Sequence record: NC_054926.1
Strand: one strand, 5' to 3'
Source: Escherichia phage vB_EcoM_OE5505
DNA: 64,000 nt
Part shown: one piece after another, positions 19,724-28,859 of the stretch
How positions within the stretch are numbered: position 1 is the stretch's first letter
How the letters are laid out: each line of letters starts with the position of its first letter
Made by a program: the position numbers and the translations under genes
The notes under the pieces: generated by a model
The model's database searches: none
Seen by the model: only the letters and a program-made list of their open reading frames with translations
What the model was told of the DNA's origin: nothing

Positions 19724-20026
19724 CTAAAAGAAACTTCTTTCACAATTTTTTCCACTGAACCACGCGCTCACTGCTTTCTTAGTCTCAGGAGCAGTGTTAT
19801 CCATAAACCATTCAAAGGCAGCCTTTTTATGATTCTGGAGGGCTTCTCGGGCTTTAATCTGCTCACGGTCTATTAACACTAACATATGAGCCTTTCTTGT
19901 CACCAGGGGCTTCTTATGATTTTTTGAATACTCCCAATCATTTGTCCATCGCATCGTTGTTGCGAACTGAAATACAGCTTCTTTAATTTTAGTTTCGTAA
20001 ATTTCACGAGCCTTTGAGTATAACAT
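19724..20026 (-). CDS. Hypothetical protein (100 aa)
   Basis: ATG at 20026 with GGAGG SD. Confidence 0.45.
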   Translation of the reverse strand: MLYSKAREIYETKIKEAVFQFATTMRWTNDWEYSKNHKKPLVTRKAHMLVLIDREQIKAREALQNHKKAAFEWFMDNTAPETKKAVSAWFSGKNCERSFF

Positions 20027-20127
20027 CACTACCTCCATTTACCAGTTTAATTCTAGTCATCTTTTTGATGGCAGTCCATATAATCTATTTCTGAACTGTC
20101 TTTTTGTCATAGAAGGCCTCTCATGAA

Positions 20128-21096
20128 TTATTTCAGAAGAGTAACCTCAGCGATTTCTTCCCAACCGTTTTTGTCGGTCATAATAAAGTCAGCAAGATAA
20201 AGTGCAGTACGCAGTGAAACATTGCGTAAACGATTAACATTGACTTTCATCCATGATAATGCTTTATAAGTTTCTTCATCAGAAAGACCGCGTTTTTGCA
20301 TCATGTCAGTTGAAAGAATAACATCTTCAACCCTGACCATAATTTCTTCATTAGTGTGAACACCCAAATCTAAATAAACTGAGCGGGACACTAATGCTTG
20401 TAAATGTGGAGCAAGTTTAGTACCACGATCTAATTCGCGGTCAATATCAACGTTTGTGATAAAAACAATCGTTCCTTTAAATTCAAACTCACGCTCAATG
20501 CCTTTTTCTTCTAAGTAAGAAGATGCGGTGCTCCAGCAGACTTTACGGGTCTCTCCGGTGTCCAGAGCAGCTTTCAGAAGATTAAGAATGTCCATATCAG
20601 AGAAAACATCCACATCATCAATCAAAAGGACAGAATTCTCTTCACGATTATTCCAAAGCTGTTCATAAAGACCGATACCAGAGATTTTACCATTAATGCT
20701 TTTATATTCAATGTATCCAATATCATTTGCTTTATTTAAAGCTTTATCTAAAGAATACGTTTTACCAATACCTGCCGCACCAGAGATAATTAATGAACGA
20801 ATGTTTCCGTTAATAATACCATTCGTCATCATTCCCATAACATTAAATCTTTTATTAATGCGGGTTTTCATATCTTCATACGATTCTTTAACTTCTTCAA
20901 CTTTTACACCATCATATGAAATGTCTGATTTGTAAACCCAAACACCGCGACGTTTACCGTCAATTTCAACAAAAACTTTACCATCTCCTTGTGCATCTAC
21001 CGGAGCATTATCTGGGAACCATTCGCCTAAGAGCTCAAAAGTTCCAGAGATTTCTTTACCGAAGTAGATACCCTTATTGATAGTTACAGTTTTCAT
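20128..21096 (-). CDS. P-loop NTPase (AAA-like), 322 aa
   Basis: Walker A GAAGIGKTYS, Walker B VLLIDDVD; ATG at 21096 with GGAG SD downstream of promoter 21131..21160. Confidence 0.6.
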   Translation of the reverse strand: MKTVTINKGIYFGKEISGTFELLGEWFPDNAPVDAQGDGKVFVEIDGKRRGVWVYKSDISYDGVKVEEVKESYEDMKTRINKRFNVMGMMTNGIINGNIRSLIISGAAGIGKTYSLDKALNKANDIGYIEYKSINGKISGIGLYEQLWNNREENSVLLIDDVDVFSDMDILNLLKAALDTGETRKVCWSTASSYLEEKGIEREFEFKGTIVFITNVDIDRELDRGTKLAPHLQALVSRSVYLDLGVHTNEEIMVRVEDVILSTDMMQKRGLSDEETYKALSWMKVNVNRLRNVSLRTALYLADFIMTDKNGWEEIAEVTLLK

Positions 21097-21130
21097 TTTA
21101 TTCTCCAAATCCGTATCAGTTGATAGTTGT

Positions 21131-21160
21131 ATAGTACCATAAAGCTTTATGCTTGTAAAC
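21131..21160 (-). promoter_or_regulatory. Early promoter with conserved module (copy B)
   Basis: Same -10/leader module as copy A. Confidence 0.6.
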
Positions 21161-21190
21161 AGTTTTGTGAAAAATTTTTGAAATAAAAAA

Positions 21191-21210
21191 AGGGAGCCCG
21201 AAGGCTCCCT
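21191..21210 (-). terminator. Rho-independent terminator (AGGGAGCC-UUCG-GGCUCCCU + U7)
   Basis: 8-bp GC-rich stem, UUCG loop, followed by TTTTTTTATTT on minus strand. Confidence 0.7.
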
Positions 21211-21211
21211 A

Positions 21212-22225
21212 TCATTTATAATAACTTCGGTGGTTTTCAAGATAGACCTTCTCAAGGAAGTCATCCCAGAAACTCATGTCTACTGTTTTAGGCATACCAT
21301 TCTTAGAAGCTTCAGTAGATGCTGCTTCTACTTGATCGACCACATCTTCCAAAAACTCTTGAACTGTTTTAAATGGATGTTTACCCAACTTCACGTCGAG
21401 AATAAATGGAGCATCTTGGAGTGGATAAATCAAGTCGCCAGTTTTGTAAATTTCCAATAGTTGAAGTCCACCACGACAAGCATGACTTAGTGCTTTCCAA
21501 TCAATACCTTCATTAGCTTCGGCCTTACGAGCACGTTCACCATATTCAGCATCTAATTTGTTCAGTGACTGCTTAAGCTCAATAAGAGAAAGCGTTGTCT
21601 GATATTTACGACCCAGCACTGTATAGAACGTTTGTGGACCTGTTTTCTCATGATTATGGAACACCCATTCACAGAATTCGTTTTCTGGAAGACGATGCTT
21701 AATATCTTCAACTTTAGTACGACGCTGCTTAATGGAACCGTCTTCTTGGTAATCAACCCATTGCTCAGGGATTTGATTAACTACTTTCAATACATCACGT
21801 AATGCAGCCAAACGAGAACCCTTGACGCCGTATTTAGAAGCTTGCTTGCGGACATATCCTAAATAGGATTTCATGTTAGTCGTATAAAAACGAGAACGGT
21901 TGTCTTGAATAAACTTCCACACATCAGGCAAATCAGATTTAACCACTAGTTCAGGTGGAGTGTGAAGCATATCCAATGCTACAGTTTCACCATCTGCTGC
22001 TAATTTAAAGAAATATTTAAGACTGTATAGTTCATGGTCAATATCATCTTTAGTGTTTTTAGATGATGTGTTGTTAGTGTTTTTACTCATGTGCTCTTTG
22101 ACATTTCCGATAAGAATATCACGAGCAGGAGGAACAAAAATTTCTTTAAAATCTACATCAGATTCTGGGGTAGAAGTTCCATAAAGATGACTACCAAAAT
22201 AGCTTTTCATTACTGTTTTCATCAT
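21212..22225 (-). CDS. Nucleotidyltransferase-fold protein (337 aa)
   Basis: N-terminal motif FGSHLYGTSTPESDVDF (GS-x10-DxD) typical of Pol-beta-like nucleotidyltransferases. Confidence 0.6.
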   Translation of the reverse strand: MMKTVMKSYFGSHLYGTSTPESDVDFKEIFVPPARDILIGNVKEHMSKNTNNTSSKNTKDDIDHELYSLKYFFKLAADGETVALDMLHTPPELVVKSDLPDVWKFIQDNRSRFYTTNMKSYLGYVRKQASKYGVKGSRLAALRDVLKVVNQIPEQWVDYQEDGSIKQRRTKVEDIKHRLPENEFCEWVFHNHEKTGPQTFYTVLGRKYQTTLSLIELKQSLNKLDAEYGERARKAEANEGIDWKALSHACRGGLQLLEIYKTGDLIYPLQDAPFILDVKLGKHPFKTVQEFLEDVVDQVEAASTEASKNGMPKTVDMSFWDDFLEKVYLENHRSYYK

Positions 22226-22692
22226 TCAGCCTTATATTCAATAACAGGACATACTTTAGCTTTACGAGCTTTTAAAAATTCAACGATAATCGATTTCTTG
22301 GGTTGAATAGGAGGTAAACCTTTATACGCCCTATCAATATTTTCTATGTGTAAAGCATAATCCTTTTTCCATTTATAATCTTTATAATCTTTATATTTTT
22401 CATGCAAATGCGCAGGAATAACAAATGAACCGATAATAAGTAAAACAACCAAAAGCGCAAGTATAAATGCTGATGGAAGAAGAGTCCATAAACTACCGAA
22501 AATAAGCCAACGTTGTAGGCTTTCTGCACAAATAATTGTTAGACCTGCGAGTATAGTACATCCGAAAAAAGAAACGAAAAATGTAGGGATAACAATAGAC
22601 CAAAAGTATGCACACAGTGTCTTAGGTCGTTTCCATTCGTCGTTAAACAGTTTGAATAATTTATAGTGCCAAGAGTTTTCATTAATAATCAT
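22222..22692 (-). CDS. Membrane protein (156 aa)
   Basis: Multiple hydrophobic segments; ATGA overlap with upstream gene. Confidence 0.55.
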   Translation of the reverse strand: MIINENSWHYKLFKLFNDEWKRPKTLCAYFWSIVIPTFFVSFFGCTILAGLTIICAESLQRWLIFGSLWTLLPSAFILALLVVLLIIGSFVIPAHLHEKYKDYKDYKWKKDYALHIENIDRAYKGLPPIQPKKSIIVEFLKARKAKVCPVIEYKAE

Positions 22693-22694
22693 AA

Positions 22695-23216
22695 TTATCC
22701 TTTCATTGAAGGTGTAACAGTTGTTAAATACTTAATCATAGCTTCAGCTTCTGATTTTGATAATGAAATTTCTTCATTGTTTTGACGAATAGAAATAAAA
22801 TCCGGATGACGGTCACCACCAGCTTTTAAAACACACATATAAGTATCAGCTTCGCCTTCAATATTTGAAATGATTGAAGCAGTTCCACATGAATGCGGTT
22901 TTTGATAAATCAATACAGCTTTTCTTCCACCATTTGACTGTTCATAGGCTTTTAATACATCAAGCAAATCAGTTCTTTTATCAATAGCTAAGATGTTATT
23001 TTCATCTTCAATATTAAATCCTTCGGATACTTCATAAAGAGTTACCCATAAATCACCGATGTCAATAACAGCATTTACTTTTCCACGGCTTTCAAGAGTA
23101 TGACAAATTTTCTTGATTTCGTCATAACTCATTTTAATAATATCATCTCCTTGACTAAGGAAGATGTCATTTTTAAATTCAACACGAATTAAACCACTTC
23201 CACTTGAAATAAACAT
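22695..23216 (-). CDS. Hypothetical protein (173 aa), paralogous to next gene
   Basis: Shares GFNIE and C-terminal YL..V.P.M motifs with 23223..23756. Confidence 0.5.
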   Translation of the reverse strand: MFISSGSGLIRVEFKNDIFLSQGDDIIKMSYDEIKKICHTLESRGKVNAVIDIGDLWVTLYEVSEGFNIEDENNILAIDKRTDLLDVLKAYEQSNGGRKAVLIYQKPHSCGTASIISNIEGEADTYMCVLKAGGDRHPDFISIRQNNEEISLSKSEAEAMIKYLTTVTPSMKG

Positions 23217-23222
23217 ATTTCC

Positions 23223-23756
23223 TCACTTTGAAATCATAATTGGAATGACAGAATCAAGATAAGTCTTTAGCGCAATAGCTTCGTCTTTGGTAAATGTGAC
23301 AATATGTGCTCGAAAATCGTCAATTTGACGAATAGATACTACATCTCCCTCTTCATAGCATTTTGACACATTTAAAATAGTTTCATCATTCTGATTGCAA
23401 GCGTTAGTAATAATAGCATTGCAATTTTTAAACCATTTTAAACTGTGTTTTCTTTCATTAGAATAATAAAAATATTTAATCTTATCTATAAAACTATCCC
23501 AATGGATAACTGATAAGCATATTGACTCGCTTTCAATATTAAATCCTGGGCATGAAGAATAAAAATGAATTTTATGCTCATCATTAATGCTTACAATTTT
23601 ATCAGTATAAGGATTTTCAATTTGGGTTAAATGAATGATTTCACTAGGCGTAAAATATAGCATATCGTCTTCTTGTGTCAAACGATACATATTATTTACT
23701 TTTTCTATAGCCAATTCACCAAAAAGTGAACTAACTTCTAATACTAATCGTTTCAT
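23223..23756 (-). CDS. Hypothetical protein (177 aa from ATG)
   Basis: ORF-track start GTG; ATG at 23756 with AAGGA SD. Confidence 0.5.
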   Translation of the reverse strand: MKRLVLEVSSLFGELAIEKVNNMYRLTQEDDMLYFTPSEIIHLTQIENPYTDKIVSINDEHKIHFYSSCPGFNIESESICLSVIHWDSFIDKIKYFYYSNERKHSLKWFKNCNAIITNACNQNDETILNVSKCYEEGDVVSIRQIDDFRAHIVTFTKDEAIALKTYLDSVIPIMISK

Positions 23757-23757
23757 A

Positions 23758-24024
23758 TTAATCCTTTTTATTGGCACGAATTTGTTCTAAAATTTTAGAG
23801 TATTCCTTTGTATCAGATTTACGTACAATCGATACACTATACGGCATACTATCGGTGTCTTTTATAAAGCGTTCCAAATGACACTCTAATAAAATTTCTG
23901 GATTATAAATCGTGTACATCAAATTACCTGTTGCTCCACGATATTGACAGATTTCTACTGATTGAACACCATTCCATAATTTTGTTAAGACCAAATCACC
24001 TACTTCTAATTTAGGAAAGCCCAT
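23758..24024 (-). CDS. Hypothetical protein (88 aa from ATG)
   Basis: ORF-track start TTG; ATG at 24024. Confidence 0.45.
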   Translation of the reverse strand: MGFPKLEVGDLVLTKLWNGVQSVEICQYRGATGNLMYTIYNPEILLECHLERFIKDTDSMPYSVSIVRKSDTKEYSKILEQIRANKKD

Positions 24025-24025
24025 G

Positions 24026-24211
24026 TTATTCACCAATTAAAGTTTCAATATAAGAATCAAGATTTACTTTAGCTTCTTCCATAAGAGTTTTGTATTTAAT
24101 CTTGTTAGCATGTCCGGAGAAAGCTGATTCATCAATAACTGTTGATGTATGAACAGCTCTACTATACGTCTCAATTAATTCTCTTAATTTAAAAGCCTGC
24201 TCACTTGTCAT
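24026..24211 (-). CDS. Hypothetical protein (61 aa)
   Basis: ATG start. Confidence 0.4.
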   Translation of the reverse strand: MTSEQAFKLRELIETYSRAVHTSTVIDESAFSGHANKIKYKTLMEEAKVNLDSYIETLIGE

Positions 24212-24343
24212 TACATACTCCTTTGAATCATATCAATAATATTGTTCACCAGATTATAGGTAAACATTGGGTAATTATATTGAATCATCACATATATAAC
24301 AAACAAAACTTTCATTCTCTTCTCCTTGACAGTTGACAAGATT

Positions 24344-24373
24344 ACTATACCATAACCTTGCCAACTTGTAAAC
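24344..24373 (-). promoter_or_regulatory. T4-type early promoter (GTTTAC - 18 nt - TGGTATAGT)
   Basis: Minus-strand motif in 24.2-24.4 kb intergenic region. Confidence 0.55.
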
Positions 24374-24375
24374 CG

Positions 24376-24549
24376 TTAAATGTTGTTTTCAATAAAATTC
24401 TGAAGCTTTGTGTGAGCATCAACCATGATTTTCATTTCTTCTTTGGCGAAAGCTGTACCTCTTTCCCGAGAAGAACACTCATAGTCAGAAACTGCATTAG
24501 CATATTCTTCAATTAGCTTCATTAAAAACATCTGCTTTTCAGTTTTCAT
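24376..24549 (-). CDS. Small hypothetical protein (57 aa), below threshold
   Basis: ATG at 24549 overlapping upstream stop. Confidence 0.3.
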   Translation of the reverse strand: MKTEKQMFLMKLIEEYANAVSDYECSSRERGTAFAKEEMKIMVDAHTKLQNFIENNI

Positions 24550-24733
24550 TATTCCACCTAATCATTTCAAGATATTGAACTAACTTAGCTTTAGATTTAT
24601 CCAAATCCTTTTTAGCTGCTTCTATACCATCGTATGAATATCCTTCACAATGCTCAACTGCTAATTGATATGAATCTATTTCAATATCACGTGCTAATTT
24701 AATGATTTTTTCAAACTGTTCGCGTGTTAGCAT
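24539..24733 (-). CDS. Hypothetical protein (64 aa)
   Basis: ATG start. Confidence 0.4.
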   Translation of the reverse strand: MLTREQFEKIIKLARDIEIDSYQLAVEHCEGYSYDGIEAAKKDLDKSKAKLVQYLEMIRWNNEN

Positions 24734-24735
24734 AC

Positions 24736-24939
24736 TTACACTCTCGTATTATGATCGATAATTTCATCAAGAAACATATCTAACGCTTCTATAGCATTAT
24801 CCACTTTAGTTTCAAAGTCTTTAATGCCTTTATTCGAAATACCCGATGAATACCAAGCAAAGTCAATCAGCTCTTCATCTGCTTTACGAATTAAAGCTAC
24901 CAATTCCTTAATTTTATCTGCTTGTTCAATTCTAGTCAT
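24736..24939 (-). CDS. Hypothetical protein (67 aa from ATG)
   Basis: ATG at 24939. Confidence 0.4.
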   Translation of the reverse strand: MTRIEQADKIKELVALIRKADEELIDFAWYSSGISNKGIKDFETKVDNAIEALDMFLDEIIDHNTRV

Positions 24940-25127
24940 TATTCCACCACATATGAAAGAGAGAATATTGCACACGCCATATGAGTTGCAGCTTCATCAC
25001 ACATATCATAACGTTTCTTAAGAAGTTCTACAAGTTCTTCACTAGTAACTTCATCCATGTCGACGAAAAAATCACCATTAATGATGACGTAGATATTTCC
25101 TTCTTGATTAAGTGCTTCAATTTTCAT
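24939..25127 (-). CDS. Hypothetical acidic protein (62 aa from ATG)
   Basis: ATG at 25127 with GAGGAG SD; upstream ORF-track extension is promoter read-through. Confidence 0.4.
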   Translation of the reverse strand: MKIEALNQEGNIYVIINGDFFVDMDEVTSEELVELLKKRYDMCDEAATHMACAIFSLSYVVE

Positions 25128-25155
25128 GATGTTCTCCTCTTTATTCGATGGTTGT

Positions 25156-25185
25156 ATAGTACCACAGCTCAAACGGAAAGTAAAC
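25156..25185 (-). promoter_or_regulatory. Early promoter with conserved module (copy C, slightly diverged)
   Basis: GTTTAC - 18 nt - TGGTACTATACAACCATC. Confidence 0.55.
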
Positions 25186-25200
25186 CGGTAAAATGAAAAA

Positions 25201-25218
25201 AGTCTCCCGAAGGAGACT
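25201..25218 (-). terminator. Rho-independent terminator (AGUCUCC-UUCG-GGAGACU + U5)
   Basis: Stem-loop followed by TTTTTCATTT on minus strand. Confidence 0.65.
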
Positions 25219-25222
25219 AATG

Positions 25223-25609
25223 TTATTCGAGGGAAAGAAGATATTTACTCTGGTAAAACATCCCAGTAATATCATCTATCGTGCTTTGAATGGCTGGAGG
25301 CATTTCTTTATAAATGCTGTTAGATTGGTCTAGTATGCGATCAATCATTTTAATTGTGTCGGTAGGAAGTTTACTGGCATCTGGAATAGAAGGCGTGTAT
25401 TTTCTACCAGAATACCCCAAATATTGCTCACCAAATTTATCAATCAAATCTGGCAACTCAGAGAAAATAAAATCGTATGCTTTGTGTCTAGCATAACTTT
25501 TAGTTTCAAAATGCGCAGAATGAAAATAAGCTTGTGCAGCCATTAATAAACCTAAGTATTCATCTGCCTTTGAAGGTTTTCCACTTTGTGAAAAGTCGCT
25601 GAATTTCAT
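25223..25609 (-). CDS. Hypothetical protein (128 aa), rI-adjacent
   Basis: ATG start, ATGA overlap with rI stop; UUCG terminator hairpin after stop. Confidence 0.55.
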   Translation of the reverse strand: MKFSDFSQSGKPSKADEYLGLLMAAQAYFHSAHFETKSYARHKAYDFIFSELPDLIDKFGEQYLGYSGRKYTPSIPDASKLPTDTIKMIDRILDQSNSIYKEMPPAIQSTIDDITGMFYQSKYLLSLE

Positions 25610-25899
25610 TCAGTCTCCAATTTAATGTTCATAATTCTAGCGTATGATTGTGCCATCTCCGCGCCTCGCTCTATACATTCAAAATCGGAAGAGCACGGGT
25701 CATTTTTATAAGTCGTTCGCATAAAACTATAGAACTGTTCAGATGATTCTACGCTTTTGTTTTCAAAAAGCATATAAACGTGTCTAATACCAGATTCCAT
25801 AAATTTATCAAAATGAGGATCGACATTCGCTTCAATTGGTGGAGATAAAGCAAACGCTAATCCTAGCATGGCAAATAGTTCCGTTGCTTTTAAGGCCAT
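25606..25899 (-). CDS. rI: Lysis inhibition regulator rI
   Basis: 97 aa; N-terminal signal-anchor MALKATELFAMLGLAFALSPPIEA; sequence matches recalled T4 rI. Confidence 0.85.
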   Translation of the reverse strand: MALKATELFAMLGLAFALSPPIEANVDPHFDKFMESGIRHVYMLFENKSVESSEQFYSFMRTTYKNDPCSSDFECIERGAEMAQSYARIMNIKLETE

Positions 25900-25911
25900 A
25901 AAGGCCTCCTA

Positions 25912-26124
25912 TCATTTTTGTCCTGTATTTACTTTATGCCGATGCACGGCCTTAACTTTATCAAGGTATTTTTCAAAATTTCGCAATCTAGTATAGTCTG
26001 CCGGAGATTGGTTGAGTGATACTTCTCGACGCAAAGCTGAAATGATATTTCCAACTTCCCTACGAATTTCATCTAATTGAAGAACAGTAAGATTGCGAAG
26101 TTGCTTTTCAGTTAATTGTAGCAT
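25912..26124 (-). CDS. Hypothetical protein (70 aa)
   Basis: ATG start between tk and rI. Confidence 0.5.
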
Positions 26125-26166
26125 ATATACCCCTTTAGTTAGATAAACCTATTTATAACTTTTGCA

Positions 26167-26748
26167 CTAACCGAGCTTTTTAGTTAATTCATTCCAATGT
26201 TTTCTACACAAAGAAACATAAATTTCATCACCAATACAGATTTGATTACCTTCTTTAACTGGTGTTCCATCTTCCGTTAATCGAGCTGTCATAATCGCTT
26301 TTTTACCGCAATGACAAACCGCCTTTAGTTCAATAAGTTTATCTGCAATCGCTAAAAGTTCTTTAGAACCTTCAAACAATTTTCCAGCGAAATCAGTCCT
26401 TAATCCATAAGCCATAACAGGAACATTATATGTATCAACAATTCGACTTAATTGATGCACCTGTTCAGTTTTTAAAAACTGGGCTTCATCTACAAATACG
26501 CAATGAATATCTTTTTGTGCTTCAGCCCATTTATAGAACTCGAAAATATCCATATCATCTGTAATAATATTCGCTTCCTGTTTAATTCCAATGCGAGAAA
26601 CAACTTCACAGACAGAATCGCGAGTATCAATAGCGGGTTTAAGAACTAATACACTCATTCCACGTTCTTTATAATTATGTGCGGCAGTCAAAAGAGAAGC
26701 AGATTTTCCAGCATTCATTGCTGCATAAGTAAAAATTAAACTCGCCAT
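26167..26748 (-). CDS. tk: Thymidine kinase
   Basis: 193 aa; P-loop AAMNAGKSASLL; C-terminal Zn motif CHCGKKA...CRKHW; matches recalled T4 Tk. Confidence 0.95.
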   Translation of the reverse strand: MASLIFTYAAMNAGKSASLLTAAHNYKERGMSVLVLKPAIDTRDSVCEVVSRIGIKQEANIITDDMDIFEFYKWAEAQKDIHCVFVDEAQFLKTEQVHQLSRIVDTYNVPVMAYGLRTDFAGKLFEGSKELLAIADKLIELKAVCHCGKKAIMTARLTEDGTPVKEGNQICIGDEIYVSLCRKHWNELTKKLG

Positions 26749-26757
26749 ATCACCTTC

Positions 26758-26943
26758 TTAAAGCGTATTCACATAAGCTATTAATTCGTTTTCTTTCTTA
26801 TCAAACCGATCAGCAAATTCTTCTTGCTGATCGGGAGATAGCGGGCCGTATTCATCATAAAAGGTGTTTGCTTCTGTATGCTCATCTAGAAGTTCATGGA
26901 TAAGCTCAAACAATTTATCTTTTTGTTCTTTACTCAGACTCAT
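26758..26943 (-). CDS. Hypothetical acidic protein (61 aa)
   Basis: ATG start. Confidence 0.45.
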   Translation of the reverse strand: MSLSKEQKDKLFELIHELLDEHTEANTFYDEYGPLSPDQQEEFADRFDKKENELIAYVNTL

Positions 26944-27113
26944 ATATTAATTTCCAGGAGTTTTAAAATAATTCGCTTTTGCTTAAATATTTCCATAGTT
27001 AAATGACCAGTATCTTTTTGACCGATTCCAATGGCAAAACCTTTATTGACAGCGAGTTCAATTAAATTATCAAGCTCACGTAACACTTCATACTGTAACT
27101 CAAAACTATTCAT
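26940..27113 (-). CDS. Small hypothetical protein (57 aa), below threshold
   Basis: ATG at 27113; stop overlaps next start (ATGA). Confidence 0.3.
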   Translation of the reverse strand: MNSFELQYEVLRELDNLIELAVNKGFAIGIGQKDTGHLTMEIFKQKRIILKLLEINI

Positions 27114-27322
27114 TTCGGTTTACCTTCTTTAACGAAATCAGGATAAGGATAAAATCCTGAATAAAATCCTTCACCTTTATGATTGATGCATCCTTTATTA
27201 GAACAATAGCACCAATAATCGAAATCACAAGCCATTTCATCATTACATAAAGCAAAAACAACTGGCCATTCACACTTTTCGCAGTGGGCATTTTTAAGAA
27301 TACTAGTTTGGCTCATAACCAT
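27110..27322 (-). CDS. Cysteine-rich small protein (70 aa from ATG)
   Basis: 10 Cys incl. CEKCEW, CYCSNKGC; ORF-track start TTG. Confidence 0.4.
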   Translation of the reverse strand: MVMSQTSILKNAHCEKCEWPVVFALCNDEMACDFDYWCYCSNKGCINHKGEGFYSGFYPYPDFVKEGKPK

Positions 27323-27525
27323 GTAACCTTTAAACAATATTCTTCTACATGTTGTTTACGACCTTTCCTATCAATAAAGGTATATTCAACGAATGTTCCA
27401 ATATAGTCTTTATCTACATCATGTGGACTATTAATTGGGCATTTAGTACGGCAAATGCGTTCCCATTGACGAATAATTTCCACTTTGTTTTTAGGATCAA
27501 ACGGATGCGGGTAATGTACTTTCAT
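27313..27525 (-). CDS. Hypothetical protein (70 aa)
   Basis: ATG start; Cys/His-containing. Confidence 0.4.
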   Translation of the reverse strand: MKVHYPHPFDPKNKVEIIRQWERICRTKCPINSPHDVDKDYIGTFVEYTFIDRKGRKQHVEEYCLKVTWL

Positions 27526-27976
27526 AATCCACCACTATTAAATCAATATCAGGAGTAAACATGTCGATTAATTTAGAAACCTTATCCCAATCGCCGCCAG
27601 CAATACCGCAACCTATGCGTGGAATGTAAATTACTGGTTTAAACAAAAGGGTTTCTGCCTGTAGATTTAATTCTATCATGCAGTTTACTAAAGCACCATA
27701 ATCAAGATTAGGACCCGGTTCGTATTGTGTATACAGGTTATAGCATATACCAAATCCCGTAGGACTATGTTTAAAAACAATAGACATATCGCCTAATTTA
27801 TCACGAGAACCGTACTCGGTAGTGGTTTTATCTATTTCTAAAATTTTGGGATAGGCTCTTGCTAATTGACCCGCTACGCCAGAGCCCATTGTGTGGAAGC
27901 AATTGCACCCGTGCGCAATAATATTACCTTGAAGAAATAGGGCGACAATATCGCCCTTGATATATTTTACAATCAT
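27497..27976 (-). CDS. Macro-domain-like protein (putative ADP-ribose binding/processing), 159 aa
   Basis: Motifs GDIVALF...AHGCNCFHTMGSGVAGQLA and IYIPRIGCGIAGGDW resemble the two conserved macro-domain glycine-rich loops. Confidence 0.5.
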   Translation of the reverse strand: MIVKYIKGDIVALFLQGNIIAHGCNCFHTMGSGVAGQLARAYPKILEIDKTTTEYGSRDKLGDMSIVFKHSPTGFGICYNLYTQYEPGPNLDYGALVNCMIELNLQAETLLFKPVIYIPRIGCGIAGGDWDKVSKLIDMFTPDIDLIVVDYESTLPASV

Positions 27977-28314
27977 CTAGTACTCAATCCTCGATTATAA
28001 GAATCTACTAAACGGTCAACCATTGAATGACAAGCGGCTTTATCTTTCTCCTCCGCAACTGAACATTCTAAGGTATTCCACTTTTTAGCATATCGTTTTA
28101 ACAATGTATCATTTTTGTATCTGCTTGATTTATCTCTTTCTCCGTCTTTATATGCATATATTAATTTCTGCGCAAATTCAGCTTGGCATGCTTTATTTTT
28201 CCCGCAATAATCCGCTGCAGTACGGTTTACATACTCTCTAATTTCAGTATATGATGTATCTGCTAACACAGAAAATGAAATTAATCCTATACATAAAACC
28301 AAAATTTTAGTCAT
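27973..28314 (-). CDS. Secreted/periplasmic protein (113 aa)
   Basis: N-terminal signal peptide MTKILVLCIGLISFSVLA; 4 Cys in mature part. Confidence 0.5.
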   Translation of the reverse strand: MTKILVLCIGLISFSVLADTSYTEIREYVNRTAADYCGKNKACQAEFAQKLIYAYKDGERDKSSRYKNDTLLKRYAKKWNTLECSVAEEKDKAACHSMVDRLVDSYNRGLSTR

Positions 28315-28852
28315 TTACTATTTCCAAAAGTTTATTATTTTTAAGGTAATTAGCCTTTTCTAGGACTTCAGAAGCATATTTAGAACCTGCTTTAACATTC
28401 CATCCCGAATTATAAGATGATATTGCTTTTCTTATATCACCCTTATGTATATTTAACCAATAAGAAAGTTCAATGTACGCCCAGGAAGCTGAATTGGACC
28501 GTTTATTCAACATTCTTTTTATTTCAGCATCGGTCATATTATAACCAAGTTCCTTGACTCTCGCTCGCATAGTAGGCAAATAATTTTGGAACATTCCATA
28601 GGCATGATGCTTTGGTTTAGATTTTAAATTAACTCCGGCAGAGCTTTCTTGCCACAAAATAGCAGCCATTATATGACCTAATCCGCTCTTATGGATGTTT
28701 TTGTGTGTTTTATATTTTCCATCCTTAGAAAATTGTTCCCCGAATTGATACGCGTAACGCATGTTATCGAGTTGGACATTACTGAAAGTATGCTCGGAGC
28801 TATGTGCCATCATTGAAATGGCCAATAGACCAGCGAGTAGTGCTTTTCTCAT
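28307..28852 (-). CDS. Secreted lytic transglycosylase-like protein (SLT domain), 181 aa
   Basis: Signal peptide MRKALLAGLLAISMMAHS; SLT-type motif MAAILWQESSAG...YGMFQ. Confidence 0.6.
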   Translation of the reverse strand: MRKALLAGLLAISMMAHSSEHTFSNVQLDNMRYAYQFGEQFSKDGKYKTHKNIHKSGLGHIMAAILWQESSAGVNLKSKPKHHAYGMFQNYLPTMRARVKELGYNMTDAEIKRMLNKRSNSASWAYIELSYWLNIHKGDIRKAISSYNSGWNVKAGSKYASEVLEKANYLKNNKLLEIVND

Positions 28853-28859
28853 GCTTACC

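Noticed and set aside
25885-25910. Possible hairpin sequestering the rI Shine-Dalgarno/start codon (AGGCC-UUUAU-GGCCU)
   Set aside because: Only a 5-bp stem built on a GGCC palindrome; too short and too likely by chance to claim a regulatory structure
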